In this document: one piece after another, positions 27,581-37,727 of the stretch
Layout of the letters: every line of letters begins with the position of its first letter
Position numbering within the stretch: the stretch's first letter is position 1
Assembly (NCBI GenBank): GCA_900315125.1
Contig: OMXT01000019.1
Location: 1,240-65,239 of the forward strand
DNA from: an uncultured Eubacteriales bacterium
GTDB lineage: Bacteria; Bacillota; Clostridia; Peptostreptococcales; Anaerovoracaceae
DNA length: 64,000 nt
Reading direction: 5' to 3'
The notes under the pieces: model-generated
What the model was told of the DNA's origin: nothing
Seen by the model: only the letters and a program-made list of their open reading frames with translations
Database searches by the model: none
Program-made: the position numbers and the translations under genes

Positions 27581-28265
27581 ATGAAGAAACTGATAAACGT
27601 CCGAACAATGTTTTTTGTGATCATTATAGCTGCTGCAGTTGTCATTATTTCTTTCGTGTTTTCTGCTGATACAGAGAATAGCAATGCAAAGACGCCAGAT
27701 CAAGAGGCAGCGCTCCAGTTGTCTATGGAAGTACAGAAGACAAGAGGAGATTTGCAAAGTAAAATGGGTAAGGACAGTATTTACCCACTTTATTATTCAA
27801 TGAAGTCAGAGGAAACAGTAATAATGCTGATATAGAGAAGAATTTGATAAAGGAAAGGGCACTGCGCTGGTATGCGGATAATCATGGGGTCACTGTTACG
27901 GACAAAGAACTCAGTGAATATCTCGATGATTTTTTAAGGATGCAAAAGACAGTGACGAATATGAGCAGTATCAGAAGGCAGCTGCGTCGCTGGGGACAAG
28001 TTTTGAAAATGTCGTACTAAGGGACAGAGAATCCTATCGAGATGTTCTTCTCCGCTCAAAGCTTTTCAGCCAAATCCAGGATGTTCCCGAGGGAGAAGTG
28101 TCGGAAGAGGAAGCGGAAAAGAAAAGACAGGATGATTATGCCAGGTGGGATGAATTCGTGGCGGATGCTGTGTCGGAATATAGAAAGTCTGATCAGTTTG
28201 CTGAGTTCAAAACAGAATATGCAGCCTGTGAAAAACAATATAATAAAGAGGTACGGAAACAGTAA
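27581..28265 (+). pseudogene. membrane-anchored protein gene broken by two frameshifts
   Basis: The signal-anchor N-terminus (MKKLINVRTMFFVIIIAAAVVIISFVF) ends at TAG 27833-27835. Coding-looking sequence continues in a second frame (EKNLIKERALRWYADNHGVTVTDKELSEYLDDF). After a T6 run at 27930-27935 it continues in the third frame (DSDEYEQYQKAAASLG...EKQYNKEVRKQ) to TAA 28263-28265. Confidence 0.6.
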
Positions 28266-28385
28266 TCTGCCGTGAAAGCGCACATGAAAGGGAGAATCCT
28301 GCAGACCTGCTGCAATCAGCGGTAAGCAGGATTTTTTCATGCACAGGGGCTACCGGGACTGACTGATTTGTGATATAGTAAAAGA

Positions 28386-28415
28386 AGTTACTAACTCTAG
28401 AGTTACTAACTCTAG
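28386..28415. repeat. 15-bp perfect tandem duplication containing a 14-bp palindrome, upstream of the ATPase gene
   Basis: AGTTACTAACTCTAG occurs twice (28386-28400 and 28401-28415). The junction forms the perfect palindrome TAACTCTAGAGTTA (28392-28405). It lies 35 nt upstream of ATG 28451. Confidence 0.8.
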
Positions 28416-28450
28416 AGTATACAATTAAACGGCAAAGAAGGGACAATAAT

Positions 28451-29818
28451 ATGTTTTATGGGAGGAACAGGGAACTAAAAGAGCTGGAACGTAGGTGTTC
28501 CAGCGGCCGGAAAGAGTTCGGCGTGATATACGGCAGACGAAGGATCGGCAAATCTGTACTGGTCAGACATTTCTTTGAAGGGAAAAGGGGAGTCTTTTTT
28601 CAGGCGAAGCAGGATACGTCCTATGGTAATCTCCGTTCCTTCTCCTACGAACTGAACAAAGTCATGGGTCTTCCGCTTTCCTTCGTTTATTCAAGCTGGC
28701 AGGAAGCTTTTGATGCAGTGCTGCAGGCGGCAGGAGACGAAAGATTCCTGTTTGTCATCGATGAATATCCGTATATTGTTTCCCAGGATCCATCTTTCCC
28801 TTCGACCTTACAAGAATACGTGGACCGGGCACCGAATAATATGTTTATGCTGATCCTTGGGAGTGACGTTTCTTTCTTAAAGAATGAGCTGGAGGATAAA
28901 AAATCCCCCCTGTATAAGAGACGCACTTTTGAGATGCGGATCGGTAAAATGCCTTTTGATGAAGCGGTTTTATTTCTGACAGGAATGCCGACAGAGGAGA
29001 AGTGTGCATATCTTTCCCTGATGTCCTCCTACCCGTATTATCTTGCGTCGATTGACAGGGCTGCCTCTTTTGAAGAGAACATGGAGCGGCTCTTTTTCAA
29101 TGAATTCGGTACATTCTTCAATCTGCCGGATCAGGTTCTTTCAAATTCCACAAAAGTTCAGGACGTGTATAACGCCATTCTTCGGTCGGTTGCTCACCGA
29201 CATTATACGGTAAAGGATATCAGCATGGATATCCATGAAGAGAGCAGCAAGGTCTCCAAATATATCAAGACCCTTTTGAAAAGTGAGATTCTGGAAAAGC
29301 GGTCGACGTTTATGGGAAATAAAAACAGCCACTATTATGTGATTTCCGACCCCATGCTGCGATTCTGGTATCTCTTTATCTATGACAGACAGGAACTGAT
29401 ACGGGTCAATGGAGAAAAGGTGCTTTCCAGCTTGTCAGTTATGATAAAAGATTTTCTGGACAGAGGCTTTGAAGATACGGTGCTGCTTTTTCTGGATCAG
29501 GAGAACAGAAAAGGAAATCTTCCAGGTGTATTTCCGGAAATTCAGAATTTCAGGGCTGATAAGACCACACTGGGGCGATCTGTGGAAATCGACGGTCTTT
29601 CCCGCTCCGGAGATACGCTTCTGGTAGTGGAATGCAAATACCGAAAGAAATATTTTTCGAATGCCATGCTGGAGCACCTCAGGGAAAGCGCTTCGATCTT
29701 TTCGGAAAAGCTCAGCAGGCAGTATTATATCTTCTCAAAATCCGGGTTTTCTTCAGATATAGAACAGGCGAACAATGTTCACTTGTATACCGCAGAGGAC
29801 ATGTTCGGATTTGAGTAG
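28451..29818 (+). CDS. ATP-binding protein (archaeal-type ATPase with DUF234-like C-terminus)
   Basis: MFYGRNRELKELE...YGRRRIGKS (Walker A) and FVIDEYPY (Walker B). The length and C-terminal region are typical of the Arch_ATPase/DUF234 family, recognised from memory. Confidence 0.65.
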   Translation: MFYGRNRELKELERRCSSGRKEFGVIYGRRRIGKSVLVRHFFEGKRGVFFQAKQDTSYGNLRSFSYELNKVMGLPLSFVYSSWQEAFDAVLQAAGDERFLFVIDEYPYIVSQDPSFPSTLQEYVDRAPNNMFMLILGSDVSFLKNELEDKKSPLYKRRTFEMRIGKMPFDEAVLFLTGMPTEEKCAYLSLMSSYPYYLASIDRAASFEENMERLFFNEFGTFFNLPDQVLSNSTKVQDVYNAILRSVAHRHYTVKDISMDIHEESSKVSKYIKTLLKSEILEKRSTFMGNKNSHYYVISDPMLRFWYLFIYDRQELIRVNGEKVLSSLSVMIKDFLDRGFEDTVLLFLDQENRKGNLPGVFPEIQNFRADKTTLGRSVEIDGLSRSGDTLLVVECKYRKKYFSNAMLEHLRESASIFSEKLSRQYYIFSKSGFSSDIEQANNVHLYTAEDMFGFE

Positions 29819-29876
29819 GCAGAGGATCAGCTAAATTCGGACGGAAGTACATCAGCTGCAATCTGAAAACTCAATG

Positions 29877-29905
29877 TTGACAGGGCGAATCACCTATGGT
29901 ACTAT
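29877..29905 (+). promoter_or_regulatory. sigma-70-type promoter upstream of rimP-nusA-infB operon
   Basis: TTGACA (29877-29882), 17-nt spacer, TACTAT (29900-29905). It is followed by the stem-loop AAGAGTGGG/CCCACTCTT (29940-29962) in the leader. Confidence 0.55.
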
Positions 29906-30049
29906 AGATGTGCTGGAATTTTAATACTGGCAGGCAAACAAGAGTGGGCATTACCCACTCTTGAATTATTGTAGGGGATGAATCACGTGCCGAAGATTGC
30001 ACTGCAATCGGAGTGAGATATCGTCCCGCGGGGTCAGGAGAACAGAAGC

Positions 30050-30520
30050 ATGGCCAAAATACAGGTAAAAGATATCGTATCCGGCATCCTCTCAGGATTT
30101 CTGGAGGAGCACGGGCTGGAACTTTATCATACGGAATTCAGGAAAGAAGGAAAGGAATGGTATCTGTCCGTATTCATCGACCGCAAGGACGGGGAATACG
30201 TCAGCACCGACGACTGTGAGACGGTCAGCCGGTATCTCAGTGAGGAGCTGGATAAGACGGATCCCATACCCCAGAACTATTATCTGATGGTCAGCTCACC
30301 GGGCATGGACCGGCAGCTGTACGAACAGAAGGATTACGACCGGTTTACCGGGGAGGTGGTGGACGTCCGCCTCTATAAGAGTTTTGAAGGAAGTAAGGAG
30401 TATCAGGGAACGCTGCTGGGACTCACCGGCGGCGAAGTGATAATCCGGACGGAAGATAACAGAGAACTGAAATTTCCGCTGGAGCAGGTATCCAAGACCT
30501 GCCTTGCAGTCATTTTTTAG
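30050..30520 (+). CDS. rimP: ribosome maturation factor RimP
   Basis: 156 aa with LEVSSPG-like SSPGMDRQL; position directly upstream of nusA. Confidence 0.9.
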   Translation: MAKIQVKDIVSGILSGFLEEHGLELYHTEFRKEGKEWYLSVFIDRKDGEYVSTDDCETVSRYLSEELDKTDPIPQNYYLMVSSPGMDRQLYEQKDYDRFTGEVVDVRLYKSFEGSKEYQGTLLGLTGGEVIIRTEDNRELKFPLEQVSKTCLAVIF

Positions 30521-30543
30521 CGCAACGGAGGGAGCCAAACAAG

Positions 30544-31893
30544 ATGAACAGAGAATTTATTGAAGCACTGGGAGAACTGGAGAAGGAAAAGCACATTTCC
30601 AGGGACATTCTTCTGGATGCCATCGAGTCTGCCCTGGTCTCTGCATACAAGAAGAACTACGGGACATCCCAGAATGTCCGCGTGGTCATTGATAAGGAGA
30701 CAGGCGACATTGCAGTACTGAGCAGGAAGGACATCGTTGCGGAAGAGGACATTGAGGATGATATGACCCAGATGAGCCTGGAAGAGGCTCACGAGATCGA
30801 CCCCCGTTATGAGATCGGCGACGCCATCGAGTTTGCCGTTACACCGAGAGACTTCGGACGGATCGCGGCGCAGACTGCCAAACAAGTCGTGGTCCAGAGA
30901 ATCAGGGAAGCTGAGCGGGGAATGGTCTATGATGACTTTGTTACCCGCCAGGGAGAGATCCTTACGGGTACCGTCCAGCGCAAGAGCGGACAGACCATGT
31001 TCATTAACGTGGGACGCACCGAGGGCATCCTTCCCGCCAACGAGCAGGTGCCGGGCGAGAGCTTCGACGTGCACCAGCGGCTCAAGGTCTACATTATGGA
31101 TGTAAAGAAGACGAACAAGGGACCTCAGGTGTTCCTGTCCCGTTCACATCCCGGGCTGGTCAAGCAGCTGTTTGAGCTGGAGGTTCCGGAGATCCAGGAC
31201 GGCATCGTAGAGATCCGCGGCATCGCAAGAGAAGCGGGATCCAGAACGAAGATGGCGGTCTGGTCGGAGGACGAGAATGTGGATCCGGTGGGTGCCTGCG
31301 TCGGAACGAGAGGCAGCCGCGTTCAGTCTATCGTGGACGAGCTCCACGGTGAGAAGATAGATATCATATTCTGGAGCGATGATCCCCAGGAGCTGATCAG
31401 CAATGTGCTGAGCCCCGCTTCTGTGGAAGAGGTCATCATCGACGATGAGGAAAACCGCATGGCGACAGCTGTCGTTCCTGATTATCAGCTTTCACTGGCC
31501 ATCGGCAAACAGGGACAGAATGTGCGCCTGGCAGCCAAGGTCAGCGGGTGGAAGATCGACATCAAGAGCCACACTCAGTATTTTGAGGAGCTGGAGAACC
31601 AGGAATATTACGAGGATGAGGATGTTCCTGAGGATGAGTATTACGATGAGTCTGAGCCGGCAGAAGAGGATGAGATCCTGACGGACGAGAAGCCGGAAAC
31701 GGAGGATGATCTGGCGACGGAAGAGCCGGAAGATGCGGAAGCCGATATCGACGAGGAACCAGCTGAGGAAGAACAGGAAGACGAAGAACCAGCGGACGAC
31801 GTGATCACAGAGGTCACAGAGGATGAAGAGGCTCAGGACGCCGAGGAGCCGGCGGAGCCTGAGGAGGAAACGGTTGAGTCTGAAGAAGAGTAA
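30544..31893 (+). CDS. nusA: transcription termination/antitermination factor NusA
   Basis: S1 and two KH domains (GACVGTRGSRVQ, AIGKQGQNVRLA) plus an acidic C-terminal tail of about 100 aa. Confidence 0.95.
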   Translation: MNREFIEALGELEKEKHISRDILLDAIESALVSAYKKNYGTSQNVRVVIDKETGDIAVLSRKDIVAEEDIEDDMTQMSLEEAHEIDPRYEIGDAIEFAVTPRDFGRIAAQTAKQVVVQRIREAERGMVYDDFVTRQGEILTGTVQRKSGQTMFINVGRTEGILPANEQVPGESFDVHQRLKVYIMDVKKTNKGPQVFLSRSHPGLVKQLFELEVPEIQDGIVEIRGIAREAGSRTKMAVWSEDENVDPVGACVGTRGSRVQSIVDELHGEKIDIIFWSDDPQELISNVLSPASVEEVIIDDEENRMATAVVPDYQLSLAIGKQGQNVRLAAKVSGWKIDIKSHTQYFEELENQEYYEDEDVPEDEYYDESEPAEEDEILTDEKPETEDDLATEEPEDAEADIDEEPAEEEQEDEEPADDVITEVTEDEEAQDAEEPAEPEEETVESEEE

Positions 31894-31915
31894 TAAAAAT
31901 CAATTCAAGGTGCCC

Positions 31916-32167
31916 ATGAGGCGCTGCATCGGATGCATGGAATCCAAACCCAAGGCGGAGCTCATACGCATCGCGTGCTATGAGGGCGAGCTGACGGTGG
32001 ACCGCACCGGCCGCGCCAAGGGAAGAGGCGTTTACCTTTGTAAGGGGAGCCCGGAGTGCGCTGCCCAGGCCAGAAAGAAGAAGGCCCTGCAGCGGAACTT
32101 CAAACAGAATTTTCCGGACGCTGAGATAGACAGAATATTTGAGGAGATATCAGATGACAGACAATAA
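31916..32167 (+). CDS. ylxR: YlxR-family RNA-binding protein (DUF448)
   Basis: MRRCIGCMESKPKAELIRI...GRGVYLC motif. The track start at 31823 lies inside the nusA tail. Confidence 0.85.
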   Translation: MRRCIGCMESKPKAELIRIACYEGELTVDRTGRAKGRGVYLCKGSPECAAQARKKKALQRNFKQNFPDAEIDRIFEEISDDRQ

Positions 32168-32489
32168 GCTGTCCGCCTATCTGGGATTCGCCGCCAGAGC
32201 GCGTCAGCTCCAGACAGGATACAATACGTGTCTGTCACTGATAGCAAGACATAGAGTCAGATTGCTGATTGTAGCGGGCGATTCATCAGAAAACACCGTC
32301 AAGAAAATGACTCAGAAATGTGCATCGCATGGGACGGACATCAGAGTTTTCGGAACGAAAGATGAGTTATCGAGAATGACCGGAAACAGCGACAACAGTG
32401 TATTCGCTGTGACCGACAGGAATTTTGCAAACGTAATAAAGAAAGAAATAGACCGCATACAATCGGGATCGGAAGGAGAGGTGTTATGA
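32154..32489 (+). CDS. L7Ae/L30e-family RNA-binding protein (YlxQ-like)
   Basis: 111 aa with [13 protein letters not shown] and [12 protein letters not shown]; conserved position between ylxR and infB. Confidence 0.8.
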   Translation: MTDNKLSAYLGFAARARQLQTGYNTCLSLIARHRVRLLIVAGDSSENTVKKMTQKCASHGTDIRVFGTKDELSRMTGNSDNSVFAVTDRNFANVIKKEIDRIQSGSEGEVL

Positions 32490-35347
32490 CCAAGAAAGTA
32501 TTTGAGCTTGCCCGGGAAATGGGTGTTCCCAGCAAAGAGCTTGTCTCCAGAGCCTCTGCCATGGGCATCGATGTGAAGAATCACATGAGTGTCCTCTCAG
32601 AGCAGGATGCAGCGAAGCTCCGGGGGAACGGCGCCGGCCAGGATAATAGGAAACAGAAGACAGCAGGGCATAAGCCTCCTATTGGAGTTCCGATCGTCGA
32701 TGAGGAATTCCTCGCGAACCGCCACAGACCGCCTGCAGGGAGACCTGTGGTAGACGAGGATATGCTGGCGCGCCGCGAGGCGAAGAAGAATGGGACAAGC
32801 GGGGATGACAAAGCCCAGGCTGCCCCCCAGGCCGAAAAGAAGGTAGAGAAACCGGCTGCCGCGCCGGAGCCGAAGAAGGAGCCGGCAGCGGAGAAACCGG
32901 AGAGGAAGGCGGAAGGAAAGGCAGAAGCCAAAGCTTCTGAAAAGAAATCTGCAGAGAAGCCCGCTGACAAGAAGCCTGCGGACAAGCCGGCAGAGAAGAA
33001 AGCCGCAGAGAAGAAGTCCGCAGAGAAACCGTCAGATAAAGCACCGGAGAAAAAGACAGAGAAGAAACCGGAGGACCGTCCCATCAAGGCGCTGGAAAGC
33101 GAGCGCATCACAGGGATCAAGGTCATAAAGAGAGCTGCCCAGAATCCGGTAAAGAAGGAAGAGGGCGGACAGGACCGCAGAAAGAATAACGGCGGCGCCA
33201 AGGACAACCGCAGAGGCGGAAGAGATAACCGCGGCGGCGAGGGCAGAGGAAACGGCCGCGACAACCGCAGAGCCGGCGGCAGAAACGGACAGGGCGGCCA
33301 GAACGGCAGAAATGACCGTAATAATAACGACCGCAATAATAACGGCAGGCGCCGTCCCGGTGAGAGACCGGCTGCGCCCGGCGGAAACCGTCCCATGCAT
33401 GCCGATGCAGGCGCTTCCAGACCTTCCGGCGGCGGAAACGCTCATGGACGCAAGAACAACCGGAGAGGCAGAAACGACGACAGAAGCAAGTTCGCCAAGT
33501 TCGAGCAGAAGTCCCTGGAGAAGAAGGAACGGAAGAAATACAATAAGCCGAAGCAGGAGGCGGAGCCGGAGACAATGGAAGAAGCACTGCCCGAAGGCAC
33601 CATCCGCATCAACGTGCCCATCACCGTGGCAGGTTTCTGCGAGCAGGCAGAGGTTTCTACGTCCAGAGTCATCATGACACTGATGAAGATGGGCGTCATG
33701 GCCAATATCAACCAGAACATCGATGAGGATACCGTTCTGCTCCTGGCAGACGAACTGGGCATTCAGGTAGCCATCGGCAAGGTAGAAGAGGAAGAGGTAG
33801 AAGAAGGAATCGAAGATTTCAAGGATCGCGAGAAGGATCTGAAACCCCGTCCGCCGGTCATCACCGTCATGGGTCACGTTGACCACGGTAAGACATCCCT
33901 GCTGGACGCCATCAGAAATACAAACGTTACCGCTCAGGAGTCCGGCGGCATCACCCAGCACATCGGTGCTTCCGAGGTAGAGATCAACGGACAGAAGATC
34001 GTATTCCTGGATACGCCGGGCCATGAGGCATTCACGGCCATGCGTGCCCGCGGCGCCCACATCACCGATATCGCTGTACTGGTCGTAGCGGCAGACGACG
34101 GCGTCATGCCCCAGACCATAGAGTCCATCAGCCACGCCAAGGCTGCGGACGTGCCCATCATCGTTGCGATCAACAAGATGGATAAGCCGGGAGCCAATCC
34201 CGACCGGGTCAAGAAAGAACTGGCAGATCAGGGCGTCCTGGTAGAAGACTGGGGCGGCGACGTGATCAGCGTCCCTGTATCCGCCAAGACCGGCGAAGGC
34301 ATCACGAACCTGCTGGAGATGATCCTCCTTCAGGCAGAGGTGCTGGAACTGAAGGCGAACCCGAACCGTCTGGCGCTGGGATCCGTCATCGAGGCCAAGC
34401 TGGATAAGGCCAAGGGCCCTGTTGCATCCCTTCTCGTCATGAACGGAACGCTGCAGGCGGGCCAGTCCATCGTCGCAGGTACATGCCACGGACGTATCCG
34501 CCGCATGACCGATTTCCGCGGCAGAACGATCAAGAAAGCCGGACCGGCTACTGCCGTTGAGATCCTGGGACTGAACGATGTTCCCCAGGCCGGAGACGAG
34601 TTCAACGCAGTCAGAGACGAGAAAGTGGCAAGGGAGATCGCCGGACACCGTCAGGAGAAGCTGCGTGAGGAAGTACTGGCCAAGAATGCCAGCATGACGC
34701 TGGACAAGCTGTTCAGCCAGATCCAGGAGGGCGAGGTCAAGGAACTGAACCTGATCATCAAGGCAGACGTTCAGGGCTCCGTGGGAGCCATGATCTCCTC
34801 GCTGGAGAAACTGAACAACGACGAGGTCAAGGTAAACGTTGTCCATTCCGGCGTCGGTACAGTCACAGAATCTGATATCATGCTGGCGGAGACCGCGGGA
34901 GCCATTATCATCGGCTTCAACGTACGGCCCAGCACGGCAGTGACGAATATGGCCGACCAGCATGGCGTAGAGATCCGCCTCTACCGCGTCATCTACGATG
35001 TGATCAACGATGTAGAAGCAGCTATGAAGGGCATGCTCGATCCGGAATATAAAGAAGAAGTTCTGGGTAAGGCAGAGGTCAGAGATACATTTAAGGTACC
35101 TGGCGTAGGCATCATCGCCGGAGCATATATCACCGAGGGCAAAGTGGTCCGCAACGAGGAGATCCGCCTTGTCCGCGACGGCATCGTCATCCACGAGGGC
35201 AAGATCTCATCCCTCAAGCGTTTCAAGGATGACGCGAAGGAAGTCAATCAGGGCTATGAGTGCGGTATCGGCATAGAAGATTACAACGATATCAAGATCG
35301 GAGACGTGATCGAGTGCTTCACCATGGTTCAGATCGAGAGAAAATAA
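32486..35347 (+). CDS. infB: translation initiation factor IF-2
   Basis: [20 protein letters not shown] and NKMD GTPase motifs. The N-terminal third is low-complexity (K/A/E/P-rich and RGG/N-rich). Confidence 0.95.
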   Translation: MTKKVFELAREMGVPSKELVSRASAMGIDVKNHMSVLSEQDAAKLRGNGAGQDNRKQKTAGHKPPIGVPIVDEEFLANRHRPPAGRPVVDEDMLARREAKKNGTSGDDKAQAAPQAEKKVEKPAAAPEPKKEPAAEKPERKAEGKAEAKASEKKSAEKPADKKPADKPAEKKAAEKKSAEKPSDKAPEKKTEKKPEDRPIKALESERITGIKVIKRAAQNPVKKEEGGQDRRKNNGGAKDNRRGGRDNRGGEGRGNGRDNRRAGGRNGQGGQNGRNDRNNNDRNNNGRRRPGERPAAPGGNRPMHADAGASRPSGGGNAHGRKNNRRGRNDDRSKFAKFEQKSLEKKERKKYNKPKQEAEPETMEEALPEGTIRINVPITVAGFCEQAEVSTSRVIMTLMKMGVMANINQNIDEDTVLLLADELGIQVAIGKVEEEEVEEGIEDFKDREKDLKPRPPVITVMGHVDHGKTSLLDAIRNTNVTAQESGGITQHIGASEVEINGQKIVFLDTPGHEAFTAMRARGAHITDIAVLVVAADDGVMPQTIESISHAKAADVPIIVAINKMDKPGANPDRVKKELADQGVLVEDWGGDVISVPVSAKTGEGITNLLEMILLQAEVLELKANPNRLALGSVIEAKLDKAKGPVASLLVMNGTLQAGQSIVAGTCHGRIRRMTDFRGRTIKKAGPATAVEILGLNDVPQAGDEFNAVRDEKVAREIAGHRQEKLREEVLAKNASMTLDKLFSQIQEGEVKELNLIIKADVQGSVGAMISSLEKLNNDEVKVNVVHSGVGTVTESDIMLAETAGAIIIGFNVRPSTAVTNMADQHGVEIRLYRVIYDVINDVEAAMKGMLDPEYKEEVLGKAEVRDTFKVPGVGIIAGAYITEGKVVRNEEIRLVRDGIVIHEGKISSLKRFKDDAKEVNQGYECGIGIEDYNDIKIGDVIECFTMVQIERK

Positions 35348-35413
35348 GCATTGCAAACAAGTCGCCTGCGCCGGCCGCAGACGACTTTTGCGCCATGCCG
35401 GGGAGGAAATATC

Positions 35414-36355
35414 ATGATATTCTATTTCAGCGGCACAGGTAATTCCCTGCACGTGGCTATGGCTGTGCGCCGCCGCTTCGGCGGGGTATGCGTTGACATG
35501 GCGAAGGCCACGGCGGATTCGGAATATACATATACATTTGAAAAAGGGGAGGCGGCAGTCTTTGTTTTCCCCGTATATTACGGCGGACTGCCCTATATTG
35601 TACGGGATTTTATCCGGGACATGGACATCCAGGGTGAAACGCCGGAGGTCGTGGGCATTGCGACCTGCGGAACATCGCCGGCGGCATGCGACCGCAGGTT
35701 TGCCAGGGCCTTTGGGGACAAAGGCATAACCGTCCGCGCGTTCTACGATGTGAAGATGCCGGCGAATTACATATGCCTCTACGATCCCCCGATCCGGGAA
35801 GCGGCGCTCATGACGCTGAAACGTTCGGACGAGAGGATCCGGGACGTACTGGATTCTATGGCCTATAACCACCGCAAGCCCTATCATTCCGCCATTGGGG
35901 CGGAAGTCCAGACCCGGGCTATGCAGGCGGCAATGGGCGCCATGAGCAGCACCAGGGCTTTCTGCGTGACGGATAAATGCATCAGCTGCGGACAGTGCCA
36001 GCGCATCTGCCCGACCCGGTCCATTTCCATGCAGGATGGCCGTCCCATCTGGACCAGTCCCACGTGCCTCAAATGCACCGCCTGCATCAACCGGTGCCCT
36101 GCAGAGGCAATAAACTATGGGAAAGTAACCGTAAAACGCCACAGATACGTCCATCCGGATCTTCACAAGCTGGATCAGGTCGCTCTTGCGAAGGAAGGAA
36201 AGATCAGCGAGGAGGAAGTCCGGCAGCCCGCGAGCAAGGTGCAGGCAGAGAGGGCTTCGGAAGCAGCGCTGCGGGAACTGGAAGAGGAAGCACGGAAAAC
36301 AGCGCCGGCGGCGGCAGCGGCTGCCCGCCTGGCAGAAGAAAAGGATAAGAGATAA
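35414..36355 (+). CDS. EFR1-family ferredoxin (flavodoxin-like domain plus 2x[4Fe-4S])
   Basis: MIFYFSGTGNSLHVA N-terminus, then CISCGQCQRICP and CLKCTACINRCP clusters. ATG 35414 follows GGGAGGAA. The C-terminal tail is K/A/E-rich. Confidence 0.8.
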   Translation: MIFYFSGTGNSLHVAMAVRRRFGGVCVDMAKATADSEYTYTFEKGEAAVFVFPVYYGGLPYIVRDFIRDMDIQGETPEVVGIATCGTSPAACDRRFARAFGDKGITVRAFYDVKMPANYICLYDPPIREAALMTLKRSDERIRDVLDSMAYNHRKPYHSAIGAEVQTRAMQAAMGAMSSTRAFCVTDKCISCGQCQRICPTRSISMQDGRPIWTSPTCLKCTACINRCPAEAINYGKVTVKRHRYVHPDLHKLDQVALAKEGKISEEEVRQPASKVQAERASEAALRELEEEARKTAPAAAAAARLAEEKDKR

Positions 36356-36368
36356 GAAGGAATATATC

Positions 36369-36770
36369 ATGGGAAAAGGATACAGACAGGGGCGTCTGGG
36401 AGAGGAAATAAAGAAACTCATCGCGGATATGCTCCAGAAAGAACTGAAGGACCCGCGCCTGGAGGGCATGATCAGCATAACCGGCGTGGATGTGACAAGA
36501 GATAACAGCTACGCCACCTGCTATGTCACCGTACTCGACATGGCAGACGACGAAAGTGAAGAAGCAAGAGAGCGGCAGGAGCAGGTGATCGAGGGCCTGA
36601 CAAGCGCCGCGGGTATGATCCGCAGGGAGATTGGAAAGAATATGCGTCTCCGCCGGGTGCCGGAGCTGACGTTTAAAATCGACCGCTCCATGGAATACGG
36701 GCGGCACATCGATGAGGTCATCCGCAGCCTGGATATCAAACCGGAAGATGAGGACGATCATGAAGAATGA
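36369..36770 (+). CDS. rbfA: ribosome-binding factor A
   Basis: RQGRLGEEIKKLIADMLQKELKDPRL...RRVPELTF. The track start at 36186 overlaps the previous gene. Confidence 0.9.
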   Translation: MGKGYRQGRLGEEIKKLIADMLQKELKDPRLEGMISITGVDVTRDNSYATCYVTVLDMADDESEEARERQEQVIEGLTSAAGMIRREIGKNMRLRRVPELTFKIDRSMEYGRHIDEVIRSLDIKPEDEDDHEE

Positions 36771-37725
36771 CAGCTTTAAGACCATAGGGGATCAGCTGAA
36801 GAAGGCGGACAGCGTCCTGATCGTCACCCATTACAATATGGACGGCGACGCCGTGGGATCTGCAGCCGCCATCTGCCATGTCCTGCGGCGCATGGGAAAG
36901 GAAAGCTGGATCCTCATAGAGGACGAAGTGCCCGGAAACCTGCAGTTTCTCGACCGGGACTATACCACATTCGACCAGGATGTGCTGGGCGAACCGGATG
37001 TGTCCATGTGCGTAGACTGCGGCGACCTGACCCGCTTCCCCAAACGGGCGGATCGGTTCATGACCGGAAAGGTCCATATTTGCGTGGACCATCATAAGAC
37101 CAGCGAACCATTTTGCGACTATAACTATATCGATCCCGGCGCGGCAGCCACGGGAGAGCTTGTCTATCAGCTCATCCGTGCTATGGGTGAAGAAGTGGAT
37201 AAAGAGGCAGGCGAGGCTTTGTTCGCGGCGATCACTACAGACACCGGGAATTTTCAGTATTCCAATACGACCCGCCAGAGCCATGACATCGCCGCGGATC
37301 TTTACGACTGCGGCATAGACGCGAACGGCGTGAGTGTAGAAATATACGAGACGGTCCATCTCGCCAAGCTGAAGGTCCAGGCCAGGGCCATGGAAAACCT
37401 GGAGCTTTTCGCGGACGGAAAAGTCGCTATGTCATATCTCACGCTTAAAATGCGGGAGGAATGCGGCGCTGCTCCCGATGAGACGGACGGCATCGTCTCC
37501 GAACTGCGGAGCATCGACGGCGTGGAGGTCGCCGTATTCATCAAGGAAACAGAGGACGAAGGCCGCATCCGCGTCAGCCTGCGGTCAAAGAAAGACTACG
37601 ATGTGGCAAGGGTGGCAGCGGCTTTTGAAGGCGGCGGCCATACCAAGGCAGCGGGCTGTACATACTACGGGACACTGGAAGACGCCCGGCGGGATCTGCT
37701 GGCCAAGGTGCTGGAGTACATGTAA
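36760..37725 (+). CDS. nrnA: DHH-family phosphoesterase (NrnA-like oligoribonuclease/pAp phosphatase)
   Basis: Motifs HYNMDGDAVGS, DCGD, VDHHKT and C-terminal GGGHTKAAG. The start overlaps the rbfA end. Confidence 0.85.
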   Translation: MKNDSFKTIGDQLKKADSVLIVTHYNMDGDAVGSAAAICHVLRRMGKESWILIEDEVPGNLQFLDRDYTTFDQDVLGEPDVSMCVDCGDLTRFPKRADRFMTGKVHICVDHHKTSEPFCDYNYIDPGAAATGELVYQLIRAMGEEVDKEAGEALFAAITTDTGNFQYSNTTRQSHDIAADLYDCGIDANGVSVEIYETVHLAKLKVQARAMENLELFADGKVAMSYLTLKMREECGAAPDETDGIVSELRSIDGVEVAVFIKETEDEGRIRVSLRSKKDYDVARVAAAFEGGGHTKAAGCTYYGTLEDARRDLLAKVLEYM

Positions 37726-37727
37726 AT

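Noticed and set aside
29940-29962. Stem-loop AAGAGTGGG/CCCACTCTT as a terminator of the ATPase gene.
   Set aside because: It lies downstream of the rimP promoter hexamers and lacks a U-tract. It is more likely part of the rimP-nusA leader, so it is not called as a terminator.
33000-33500. Tandem-repeat-like nucleotide structure inside infB (K/A/E/P-rich and RGG/N-rich region), and in-frame ORFs on other frames.
   Set aside because: It lies within the variable low-complexity N-terminal region that IF-2 proteins commonly have. The overlapping ORFs are compositional artefacts.
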